From the NCBI GenBank assembly GCA_964648365.1, contig CAZYLK010000006.1, forward strand, positions 2,322 through 66,321: DNA of 64,000 nt. Direction: 5' to 3'. The stretch comes from an uncultured Phycisphaeraceae bacterium (GTDB lineage Bacteria; Planctomycetota; Phycisphaerae; UBA1845). Positions within the stretch are counted from its first letter, which is position 1. Each line of letters begins with the position of its first letter. Below, piece by piece: positions 55,591 through 64,000 of the stretch. The position numbers and the translations under genes were made by a program. Under the pieces are notes generated by a model. That model saw only the letters and a program-made list of their open reading frames with translations. It did no database searches and had not been told where the DNA came from.

Positions 55591-56085
55591 ATGCGGTGGA
55601 TGTGGATTGACCGATTCGTGGAGTTCAGTTCCGGCCGCCGGGCCGTGGCGATCAAGAACGTCACCCTGGCGGAAGAGCACCTGCACGACCACTTCCCCGC
55701 CTGGCCGGTCATGCCGCCGGCGCTGATGATCGAAGGCATGGCCCAGACCGCGGGAATCCTGGCCGGCGAGGCGCGCGGATTCCGCGAAAACGTCATCCTG
55801 GCGAAGATCCGGTCGGCGTCCTTTTCCAGCTATGCGGTGCCCGGCGACCAGATTCGTTACGAGGCCGAGCTGGCGACGGTGGACGAACATGCAGCGTCGT
55901 CGACCGGGGTGGTCCGCATTAACGGCGAACCGGCCGGCACGGTCGACCTGCTCTTTTCGCACGTCGGGTCGAATGCGCCCGTGAAGGGCCTGCCGGCGCA
56001 CAACTTCGTCTTTACCGAGCAGTTCATGCGGCTGTTCCGCACCACGGTGCAGTTCGCCGCCGACGCGGAGGAGAAGTCGCCATGA
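55591..56085 (+). CDS. FabZ-like hotdog-fold dehydratase (DH2)
   Basis: The motif is HLHDHFPAWPVMPPALMIEGMAQTAG. It overlaps the next gene by ATGA. Confidence 0.7.
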   Translation: MRWMWIDRFVEFSSGRRAVAIKNVTLAEEHLHDHFPAWPVMPPALMIEGMAQTAGILAGEARGFRENVILAKIRSASFSSYAVPGDQIRYEAELATVDEHAASSTGVVRINGEPAGTVDLLFSHVGSNAPVKGLPAHNFVFTEQFMRLFRTTVQFAADAEEKSP

Positions 56086-57425
56086 AAAGCGAACGCCGGG
56101 TCGTGGTGACGGGCATCGGGCCGGCGACGCCGATCGGGATCGGCGCGGAAGCCTATTGGGAGGCGCTGCTGCGCAGGCAGTGCGGCATCGCGACGATCAC
56201 GGCGTTCGATCCGTCGCAGATGGCCGCCCGCATCGGCGGTGTGCTGCCGTCCCACAGCATGGGCGACTTCATCCCCAAGACCTACCGCAAGAACAACAAG
56301 GTCATGTCGGACGATACGCGCATCGCGGTCGTCTGCGCCCATCAGGCGGCGCTCGACGCGGGGCTGAACACCGCCTGCCTGATCGCCCGGGGCGAGGCCA
56401 AGGGACCGTCGAACGTCGATCCGACCCGTTTCGGCGCCAACATCGGCGCCGGGCTGATCTGCGCCGACCTGCCCGAACTCGCCGGCGCGCTGTCCACGGC
56501 CGCAGACCCCGAAACGGGAACCTTCAGCCACGCCCGCTGGGGGCGCGAAGGCATGGCGAACCTGACGCCGCTGTGGCTGCTCAAGTTTCTGCCGAACATG
56601 CTGGCGTGTCACGTGACGATCGTGCATGACGCGCAGGCGCCGTCGAACACGATCACTTGCGGCGAGGCCTCCAGCCATCTGGCCATCGGCGAAGCGTTTC
56701 GGACCATCTCCCGAGGCGCGGCCGACGTGGTCATCTGCGGCGGCGCCGAAAGCAAGATGAACCCCATGGCGCTGGCCCGCCCGCTGCTGTTCGAGCGGCT
56801 GACCACCGACGACAACGACAATCCTCAGGGCGCCTGCCGCCCCTTCGGCGCGGACAGCCGCGGCACCGTCGCCTCTGAAGGGGGCGGGCTGGTGATCCTG
56901 GAGTCGCTCGATCACGCCCGTGGCCGTGGCGCCCGCATTTATGCCGAGGTTGTCGGATTCGGAGCCGCCAGCAATACCCATGACTGGCGCGCACCCGACC
57001 CGACCGGCGCCCCCGTGCGCCTGGCATTGGAGAACGCACTGCGCGACGCCGACATCGCGGCCGCCGACGTGGGTCTGGCCGTGCCGTTCGGCTGCGGCAT
57101 TCCGGCTCACGATGCGTCGGAATCCGCCGGGTGGAACGCCGTGTTCGCGGCACATCTGGAGCAGATGCGCGCCGTTGCCACCAAGGGGCTGATCGGCGTC
57201 AACGGCGCCGGCAGCGGCGCGATCGACTTTGCGACCGCGGTCCTTGCCCTCTACCGCAATACCGTTCCGCCATCCGCCAACACGGAGCGGCTCGCCGCCG
57301 AGTGCGCCTTCCGCTTCGTGCAGGACGATCCCGCCGACGCCAATGCGGAGTACGCCGTCACCACCGCGTTCGCGCTGAGCGGATCGCAGAACGCCGCCCT
57401 GGTTGTGCGCAAGTTCGAGGAGTGA
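56082..57425 (+). CDS. beta-ketoacyl synthase family protein lacking both catalytic His (CLF/KS-beta-like partner)
   Basis: It has a KAS fold (VVVTGIGPATPIG) and keeps the Cys position (NTITCGEASS). The His positions read PFGCGIPAHD (expected AHGTGT) and KGLIGVNGAGSG (expected K..GH..GAAG). Confidence 0.75.
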   Translation: MKSERRVVVTGIGPATPIGIGAEAYWEALLRRQCGIATITAFDPSQMAARIGGVLPSHSMGDFIPKTYRKNNKVMSDDTRIAVVCAHQAALDAGLNTACLIARGEAKGPSNVDPTRFGANIGAGLICADLPELAGALSTAADPETGTFSHARWGREGMANLTPLWLLKFLPNMLACHVTIVHDAQAPSNTITCGEASSHLAIGEAFRTISRGAADVVICGGAESKMNPMALARPLLFERLTTDDNDNPQGACRPFGADSRGTVASEGGGLVILESLDHARGRGARIYAEVVGFGAASNTHDWRAPDPTGAPVRLALENALRDADIAAADVGLAVPFGCGIPAHDASESAGWNAVFAAHLEQMRAVATKGLIGVNGAGSGAIDFATAVLALYRNTVPPSANTERLAAECAFRFVQDDPADANAEYAVTTAFALSGSQNAALVVRKFEE

Positions 57426-57433
57426 GACCCCCG

Positions 57434-58738
57434 ATGGAGCGACGCATCGTCATCACCGGCATGGGCTGGATCACACCGCTCGGACACGACATCGAATCCG
57501 TGTGGAAGCGGCTGCTCGCAGGCGACAGCGGCGTCGCGCCCACGGCGCTGTTCGATGCCGCCACCTACCCGACCACCTTCTCCGCCCAGGTGAAGGACTT
57601 CGATCCGCAGCAGTTCATCGGCGACGCATGGAAGCGGCACGCCGACGCCAATCGTAATACACAGTTCGCCCTGGCCGCGGCAGACCTCGCCTGGCGCGAC
57701 GCGGGACTCGCCGGCATCGCGGCGGTCGATCCGACCCGTGTCGGGCTCTACCTGGGTGGCGGTGAAGGCGCTATTGACTTTGACAACTTCGTTGATGCGG
57801 CATTGACGGCCTGTCGCGACGACGACGGCCAGGCGATTCCGCTCGACGCGGCCCGCTGGGCGAAGCGGGCGATGTTCATTTTGAACGCAACCCGCGAGAT
57901 GGAGCAGGAGCCGAACCTGCCGGCGAGCCACCTGGCGGTGCGTTTCGACGCCCGCGGGCCAAACTTCAACACGCTCACCGCCTGCGCCGCCAGCACGCAG
58001 GCCATCGGCGAGGCCGCACAGATGATCCGCCGCGGAGACGCCGACGTCGTCATCACCGGCGGCACGCACAGCATGATCCACCCGCTGGGCGTCACCGGCT
58101 TCAACCGCCTGACCGCGCTGTCCACCCACAACGAGAATCCACAACGGGCGTCGCGCCCGTTCGATCGCAATCGAGACGGGTTCGTCCTCGGCGAGGGGTC
58201 GGGGATCATCATCCTTGAGTCGCTCGAGCACGCCCGCAATCGCGGCGCGGAGGTGAAGGCGGAGATCGCCGGTTACGGCTCGACGGCCGACGCGTTCCGG
58301 ATTACGGACATCCACGACGAGGGTCGTGGCGCGATCGCCGCGATGCGACTGGCGATGGAAAGCGCCGGCGTCGGCGTGGGCGACATCGACTATATTTCTG
58401 CGCACGGCACCGGCACGGCCGAGAACGACACGATCGAAACGCTCGCCATCCGCAAGCTGTTCGGCACGCGGGCGCCGAAGGTGCCGGTCAGCAGCATCAA
58501 GAGCATGATGGGGCATCTGATCGCAGCGGCAGGCGTCGTGGAAGTGATTACGTGTGTCCTGGCGATTCGCGACGGCGTGCTGCCGCCAACCATCAATTAC
58601 CAGACGCCCGATCCGAACTGCGGGCTGGATTACGTTCCCAACCAGGCGCGGAAGGCGAACGTGAACGTGGTGCTGTCCAACAGCTTCGGGTTCGGTGGGC
58701 AGAATGACACGGTCGTCGTGCGCCGCTTCGTCGCGTAA
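57434..58738 (+). CDS. beta-ketoacyl-ACP synthase (FabF/FabB-like, full Cys-His-His triad)
   Basis: The triad is intact: LTACAASTQAIGEA (Cys), ISAHGTGTAEND (His) and KSMMGHLIAAAG (His). Confidence 0.85.
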   Translation: MERRIVITGMGWITPLGHDIESVWKRLLAGDSGVAPTALFDAATYPTTFSAQVKDFDPQQFIGDAWKRHADANRNTQFALAAADLAWRDAGLAGIAAVDPTRVGLYLGGGEGAIDFDNFVDAALTACRDDDGQAIPLDAARWAKRAMFILNATREMEQEPNLPASHLAVRFDARGPNFNTLTACAASTQAIGEAAQMIRRGDADVVITGGTHSMIHPLGVTGFNRLTALSTHNENPQRASRPFDRNRDGFVLGEGSGIIILESLEHARNRGAEVKAEIAGYGSTADAFRITDIHDEGRGAIAAMRLAMESAGVGVGDIDYISAHGTGTAENDTIETLAIRKLFGTRAPKVPVSSIKSMMGHLIAAAGVVEVITCVLAIRDGVLPPTINYQTPDPNCGLDYVPNQARKANVNVVLSNSFGFGGQNDTVVVRRFVA

Positions 58739-59155
58739 AATCGCGGTGCGGCGGCAGAACGCCCGCAGCAAAAAAAGCGGGCGGTGGGGCGTGACAGGTC
58801 ACGTGGAGACGGTTATACTCCGACGCCGTCGGTGTTCTCCGAGTTTCGGAGGGCATTCTCACCGGGGATCATCGCGCGGGTTCGTCGACCGATGGGGAAA
58901 ACGAGCCACGCATGTCGCCTCCCGGCGGTCTATACCGCCGTCGAAGCCGATCACCGTCGTTGATCGTTGAGGCATTCGATGCTACGCTGACGCAGCCTTT
59001 CGCCGGCCGCTCGCGGTTCGAGGGAACTTGCGGGTGTATCAGGTCGATGCCACGCGGAACTATCCTCGACTCGATGCTGCGTCCGATGCTCGATGGCGTC
59101 GGACAAGCCCAGCGGAGAAACGATCACGGTCCGACAGCAGCGATCGCCCGGCTCG

Positions 59156-59779
59156 ATGCGCGATAAACCGATCATCGGACTGGTCGGCAGCATCGGCGCG
59201 GGAAAGTCGACGGTCGCCTCGGTACTGGGTTCGCTCGGCGCCGGCGTGATCGACTCCGACCGCGAGGCGCATCGGGAACTGGCTTCTCCCGAAGTGGCGG
59301 CGACTCTTGCAGACTGGTGGGGCGAAGCCGTGGCGCCGGGTGGCCGCGTGGATCGCGCCGCCGTGGCCCGGATTGTCTTTCGGGACGCCGCCGAGCTGCG
59401 CCGGCTCGAGTCGCTGCTGTATCCGCGGATGGCCCGGCGACGCGGGGAGGTGATCGAGCGCTGGATGGCGGATCCCACCATCCGCGCCGTGGTGCTCGAC
59501 AGCCCCAAGCTGTACGAAGCGGGGCTGGACCGGGATTGCGACGCCGTGATCTGTGTCGACGCCCCGCGAGAGGTTCGGTTGGCGCGACTGGCGGCCGCTC
59601 GCGGCTGGAACGCCGCCGAACTGGATCGGCGGGAGAATTCCCAGATTTCACTGGACGAGAAGAAAAAGAAGGCCGACTATATCGTTAGCAACAACTCCAG
59701 CGCCGAGGCGCTGCCCGCCCTGGTCGAAAAGGTTCTTGAAGACATCCTCGACCGGTTCGCGCGGCGGCCCGTCTCCTAG
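59156..59779 (+). CDS. coaE: dephospho-CoA kinase
   Basis: The P-loop is IIGLVGSIGAGKSTV, followed by VIDSDREAH. The start could instead be 59093, as in the listed ORF. Confidence 0.85.
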   Translation: MRDKPIIGLVGSIGAGKSTVASVLGSLGAGVIDSDREAHRELASPEVAATLADWWGEAVAPGGRVDRAAVARIVFRDAAELRRLESLLYPRMARRRGEVIERWMADPTIRAVVLDSPKLYEAGLDRDCDAVICVDAPREVRLARLAAARGWNAAELDRRENSQISLDEKKKKADYIVSNNSSAEALPALVEKVLEDILDRFARRPVS

Positions 59780-59884
59780 TTCGACGGCCCCGCCCTCGGC
59801 GCTGCCCCGGAGTATCCGGTACTTCATCGGGTCATCCCTGTTCTTATCAGTCAAACCACCCATTACCTTCAGGAGGTAAGTCCC

Positions 59885-61339
59885 ATGGCGAAAGCGGGCA
59901 CCGAGCGGCCTCGCACCACACGCAAGAAAGCCACCAATCGCAAGCCGGTCGACGGCAACGTCGCGCCGAAGTCGAATGGTGGGGAGACCGCCGCGGCCGC
60001 GCCCGCAGCCACGGCGGAACCGGCGGCCGCGCCGACCAAGAAGGATCCGGACACCCACGCCAAGTACGAGGAAATCAAACGCGGCGAGCTCCACATCACC
60101 CAGCTCCAGCGCATGAGCGTCACCGAGCTGCACGACGTCGCCAAGGGCGAGGGGATGGAGGAGTACACCGGCCTTAAGAAGCAGGATCTGATCTTCCGCA
60201 TCATCAAGGAGCGGATCAACCGCGACGGCCTGATGTATGGCGAAGGCGTCCTGGAGATTCTGCCCGACGGGTTCGGGTTCCTGCGCTCGCAAGAGTTCAA
60301 CTACCTTCCCGGACCGGATGACATCTACATCAGCCCATCGCAGATCCGACGCTTCGGACTGCGCACCGGACACATCGTTGCCGGGCAGATCCGCCCGCCC
60401 AAGGAGTCCGAGCGCTACTTCGCCCTGCTCCGCGTCGAGGCCATCAACTACGAAGACCCCGACGTGGTCACCGAAAAGACCAACTTCGAGGATCTGACGC
60501 CGCTGTTTCCGAACGAGCGGCTCATTCTCGAAACCAAGCCGGAAGAATTGAACATGCGCATCGTCGATCTGGTCACGCCGATCGGCAAAGGCCAGCGCAT
60601 GCTCATCGTGGCGCCGCCGCGCACGGGAAAGACCGTGCTCATGCAGAAGGTCGCCAACTCCATCGCGGCCAACCATCCGGAGTGCATCGTCATCATCCTG
60701 CTGATCGACGAGCGGCCGGAAGAAGTGACCGAGATGGAGCGCAACACCGAGGCTCAGGTCATCAGCTCGACGTTTGACGAGCCGGCCTCACGTCACGTGC
60801 AGGTGGCGGAGATGGTCATCGAGAACGCCCGCCGCCTGGTCGAGTACGGCCGCGACGTGGTCATTCTGCTCGACTCCATCACGCGACTGGCCCGTGCCTA
60901 CAACACTGAGATTCCGCACTCGGGCAAGATTCTGTCCGGCGGTATCGACGCCAACGCGCTGCAGAAGCCCAAGCGATTCTTCGGCGCCGCCCGCAACATC
61001 GAAGAAGGCGGTTCGCTCACCATCGTCGGCACGGCGCTGGTCGACACCGGCTCCAAGATGGACGAGGTCATCTTCGAAGAGTTCAAGGGAACCGGTAACA
61101 GCGAACTGCACCTGGATCGCCGCCTGGTCGAGCGCCGTACCTACCCGGCCATCGACATCCCGGCCTCCGGCACGCGTCGCGAAGACCTGCTCATGCACCC
61201 GAAGGAACTGGAACTGGTCTACCGCCTGCGCCGCGTTCTGTCGGACATGAACGTGGTCGAAGCGATGGAGTTGATGAAGGCGCGCCTCGCGAAGGTGCGC
61301 ACGAACAACGAGTTCCTGATGACGATGAATCTGTCGTAG
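59885..61339 (+). CDS. rho: transcription termination factor Rho (with a ~55-aa basic N-terminal extension)
   Basis: Motifs are [15 protein letters not shown] and Walker A PPRTGKT, followed by the ...RRVLSDM... C-terminal region. An AGGAGG RBS lies at 59872-59877. Confidence 0.95.
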   Translation: MAKAGTERPRTTRKKATNRKPVDGNVAPKSNGGETAAAAPAATAEPAAAPTKKDPDTHAKYEEIKRGELHITQLQRMSVTELHDVAKGEGMEEYTGLKKQDLIFRIIKERINRDGLMYGEGVLEILPDGFGFLRSQEFNYLPGPDDIYISPSQIRRFGLRTGHIVAGQIRPPKESERYFALLRVEAINYEDPDVVTEKTNFEDLTPLFPNERLILETKPEELNMRIVDLVTPIGKGQRMLIVAPPRTGKTVLMQKVANSIAANHPECIVIILLIDERPEEVTEMERNTEAQVISSTFDEPASRHVQVAEMVIENARRLVEYGRDVVILLDSITRLARAYNTEIPHSGKILSGGIDANALQKPKRFFGAARNIEEGGSLTIVGTALVDTGSKMDEVIFEEFKGTGNSELHLDRRLVERRTYPAIDIPASGTRREDLLMHPKELELVYRLRRVLSDMNVVEAMELMKARLAKVRTNNEFLMTMNLS

Positions 61340-61495
61340 TGCCTGAGGCATCCAATTGGCGGCGAACCAAAATGCGGTCGCCATCGGTAAGCACCGGCTT
61401 TGCGATCGCCTGGGCTAAGTCAGCCTGTCGGCTGGTTTCTCGGGCCCGTGATTGCTACAATCACTGGCCGCCGCTGGAGATGGTCAGAACGCCCC

Positions 61496-62119
61496 ATGGT
61501 CGAATTGACACGGTATCATTGGAACGTCGTGGTGGTGGGGTTCTGGAATCGGGCGATCCTGACGCCGTCCGGCATCGCTCGATACGTGCTCGAACTGGAG
61601 TCGGAACGCGGGTTTACGGTCCGAGTCCCCGCATCATTCGGGATCGGTTCACCCCAAGTGTGCTTCGAGGATGTGATTATCAGCTTGGAAGGCACGAGCC
61701 TGATCGTTCAAGCACAAAAGGAGGAGTGGCCAACTCTGGAGAAGGCCATGGCCTACGCGAGCGCGGCCATAACCAACTTACCTGAAACGCCGTTCAGTGC
61801 GGCTGGCTTCAACGTCAGGTTCAGAGCGGACGAGCAGTCTGAACTGCTGCTACAACACACCGCGACACAATTGGATGAGGCCCTGCCGCTCGGAGGGTTC
61901 ACCATTTCGGATCGCAGCTTGGCGCGGACGATTCAGTTCGGTGACGGCGTCATCCGGCTCCAAGTAGGCACGGATGCCGAGCATACGGACGTCTCCCTGA
62001 ACTTTCACCGGCAGAGTGGGAACCGAGACGAGTTGGTGGCGTGGCTCGATACGCCGATCGAGGCTATCAAGGAAAAGACACGCGGGATCCTGAAGCTGTT
62101 CGAACTGGAGGAGGACTGA
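61496..62119 (+). CDS. hypothetical protein (cassette gene A, 207 aa)
   Basis: The ORF is in frame with the listed 61400..62119, with a start at ATG 61496. It has no signal peptide or TM, and no recognised motif. Its stop overlaps the RBS GGAGGAGG of gene B. Confidence 0.55.
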   Translation: MVELTRYHWNVVVVGFWNRAILTPSGIARYVLELESERGFTVRVPASFGIGSPQVCFEDVIISLEGTSLIVQAQKEEWPTLEKAMAYASAAITNLPETPFSAAGFNVRFRADEQSELLLQHTATQLDEALPLGGFTISDRSLARTIQFGDGVIRLQVGTDAEHTDVSLNFHRQSGNRDELVAWLDTPIEAIKEKTRGILKLFELEED

Positions 62120-62122
62120 GTC

Positions 62123-62323
62123 GTGGATGAACGCACCCAAGGGGCGATTCCGAGGCAGGCGGACATCGAAACTCGCTTGGACGTTGGCGAGACCCCGATC
62201 AACCCCCCCCGGACGGACGGCGCCACTTTGGTCGACGTCTACTTTGAGTTTCGAGGTGGTGAGCGTGATCTCAGCGTGCATACGTTGCAGAGATTTCAAT
62301 CACCCTCCGGCTCGACACGATGA
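62123..62323 (+). CDS. hypothetical small protein (cassette gene B, 66 aa)
   Basis: The GTG start lies 7 nt after GGAGGAGG and 3 nt after the gene A stop. It has no recognised motif. Confidence 0.45.
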   Translation: MDERTQGAIPRQADIETRLDVGETPINPPRTDGATLVDVYFEFRGGERDLSVHTLQRFQSPSGSTR

Positions 62324-62335
62324 CGGCGCTGTGTC

Positions 62336-63199
62336 ATGCACTGGACGTACGCCCCGGTTGCGGGAGACGATGTCTGTCAGGGTGACATTCTGCGTCGCAC
62401 GGAACGCTTGGACGCACTCCTAAGCGAGCATCACCCAGGCTACGAAGACGCGAAGTACGTCGCGTTCGCCGTGACTACGCAGAGTTGCGATCTGGTGCTG
62501 CGAGAGCAGGGCCGATGCGCTGTGCGGTACGTCAGTCTGGCGCCCGTGCGCACCTTGGAGTCCTTTCTTCCTGCCGAGTTGCGTGTTCATGGCGTGGCGG
62601 ACGGAAACGTGTTCCTCGCAAGCCGGCGCGCAAAGGTGATGCAGTTCCTGGAGCGACTACTCAATCAGAATGAACAGGCGGCCGGTCTTTTCTACCTGCA
62701 TCCGGACCCCGATTCTTCCATCCCCAATGCATGGGTTGCCTTGCTCCGGCTGTCGATCTCGCTGAAGTCTGCACATTACGGCGCGCTCGCCGCAGCCCGC
62801 ATCGCCCGACTCACCCCGGAGTTCCGCGGCAAGTTTGGATGGCTCGTCGGCAACCTGTTCTCCCGTGTAGCGACGACGGATTGGTACGAGCAGGGGGCCC
62901 CCGACTTTCCCGGCATGCTTGCGAAGGTTATCGCCAACCTTGTACCGCGCCCCGAGTGGCTGGACGACAAGGCGTGGAATAAGGCCCGCAAAAAAGTGCG
63001 TGATCTACAAGAGAAGGATCGGCAGGCGCTACTGGACACAGTCGCACAGTTCACTGCCGATCCGCCGGGCGAAGCCGCCACCAAGCGAATCGGGCAGCTC
63101 CTCGAGAAGCACCTTGAACGCGCGGAGGCGGCAAAGCTGTTCAACATCATCCGGAGCGACTCGCTGCTCAGCTCCTACCTGAAACGACTGCCGCCGTAG
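62336..63199 (+). CDS. hypothetical protein (cassette gene C, 287 aa)
   Basis: The ATG lies 12 nt after the gene B stop. N-terminal motifs are CQGDIL and AVTTQSCDLV, and the C-terminal third is helical. It has no TM and I could not assign a family. Confidence 0.6.
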   Translation: MHWTYAPVAGDDVCQGDILRRTERLDALLSEHHPGYEDAKYVAFAVTTQSCDLVLREQGRCAVRYVSLAPVRTLESFLPAELRVHGVADGNVFLASRRAKVMQFLERLLNQNEQAAGLFYLHPDPDSSIPNAWVALLRLSISLKSAHYGALAAARIARLTPEFRGKFGWLVGNLFSRVATTDWYEQGAPDFPGMLAKVIANLVPRPEWLDDKAWNKARKKVRDLQEKDRQALLDTVAQFTADPPGEAATKRIGQLLEKHLERAEAAKLFNIIRSDSLLSSYLKRLPP

Positions 63200-63521
63200 G
63201 GCGTCGAACCGGCCGTTGCGTGCCGGTGCCCATGTCAACCGGTGCCCGGATTCCTCTGCGGCTGTCCTCGGCGCGGCACACTTCTTGCCCTTTTCCGGGC
63301 GTGGCCTCGGAAACCCCGCAATAGGGGCGTTCGAGGCTCGGCAACTGTGGGTGGATTCGCGTTGTGTGCGAGTCTGCTCGCGACAACCGAACGGCCCTCG
63401 GCCTCCGCCCGACGCGGCGTCGATCCGGCCGGGTTGCTTACGCGATCCGCAGCACCGGAAGTACGCGACGCCGACGGGCTCGTTCGCGGGTCATCATCAG
63501 CCCGGAAAGGATGTCTGACGA

Positions 63522-64000
63522 ATGAACGTACGAGCAATCGCGGCCGCTGCTTGTCTGGCTCTCGCATTCGCCGATCTGGCGACGGCCCAGCCGAGGATCA
63601 CGGGACTGAGCGCCCCTCAACCCGCCCGCAGCCAGCGACTCGTCATCTTCGGCACCGCGTTCGGCGAGCAGGAAGGCCGCGTGACCATCGCGGGGCTCGA
63701 CGCCTGGACAACCACCTGGTCCGACGCTCGCATCGTCGCTTATGTGCCGGAGACGGCGCCGATCGGCCCGGCCACCATGATCGTGACCGCGGGCGGACAG
63801 CCGAGTAACCCACGCGATCTGACCGTGACCGATCGACATTCAGACGGCCGAGCACGCTGGCGGTTTGAGGCGGAAGGCGACAACATGTGGTGGCGGCCGG
63901 CGCTGGCGCCGGACGGGACGATCTACGTTCATACCAACAACGTGACCGAGGGAATCGTGTATGCGTTGTCGCCCAACGGCGGATTGAAATGGGTGCGGAA
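63522..64000 (+). CDS. secreted protein, 3'-partial (signal peptide, IPT/TIG-like domain, start of a beta-propeller-like region)
   Basis: This ORF is not in the track because there is no stop before the window end. I translated it by hand from ATG 63522 and found no stop in 159 codons. The signal is MNVRAIAAAACLALAFADLATA, followed by PRITGLS...RLVIFGTAFG...RVTIAG...IVAYVPE...GPATMIVTAGG. Confidence 0.6.
   Translation, partial: MNVRAIAAAACLALAFADLATAQPRITGLSAPQPARSQRLVIFGTAFGEQEGRVTIAGLDAWTTTWSDARIVAYVPETAPIGPATMIVTAGGQPSNPRDLTVTDRHSDGRARWRFEAEGDNMWWRPALAPDGTIYVHTNNVTEGIVYALSPNGGLKWVR

Overview
This is a 64-kb high-G+C bacterial chromosomal segment, roughly two-thirds G+C by eye, with two visibly lower-GC patches. 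I saw no rRNA, CRISPR, transposase or integrase. All family calls come from motif recognition by eye, because no searches were run. The guess of a Planctomycetota-like lineage is inference only. It rests on giant PKD/FG-GAP/SBBP exoproteins, a long SecA, many STK/PP2C genes, a pilMNO-type T2SS/T4P cluster and weak SD usage. Gene content: (i) At 3.8-10.4 kb, a minus-strand type IV pilus/T2SS-like operon (PilB/GspE ATPase, PilC/GspF, PilM, PilN, PilO, a PilP-like protein and one prepilin-type pilin). (ii) At 10.6-16.2 kb, directly upstream on the same strand, a signalling operon (sensor His kinase, receiver, HD-GYP, degenerate GGDEF, STAS). (iii) A DASS-type transporter with two TrkA-C repeats. 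(iv) An ExeA-like ATPase divergent from an OPX lipoprotein, a BY-kinase and a glycosyltransferase. (v) dnaB. (vi) secA, followed by a Ser/Thr kinase with four zinc ribbons, a PP2C and a Cache-HAMP-SpoIIE phosphatase. (vii) An 18-kb single-strand block of exported proteins: a 2139-aa M6-like metalloprotease with about 6 PKD domains, a 1341-aa FG-GAP/TSP3 integrin-like protein, and a lower-GC six-gene array of two paralog families. (viii) rpsA tightly linked to a DH-ACP-DH-KS-KS lipid/polyketide-like set, then coaE and rho. (ix) A lower-GC three-gene cassette of unknown function after rho, which is my best candidate for an undescribed system. Non-coding highlights are one atypical tRNA-Ser(GCU)-like gene and four sequence-unrelated families of 7-8-nt-period arrays. 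These arrays follow a positional rule: they are purine-rich at gene 3' ends and CCUCC-rich just 5' of start codons.
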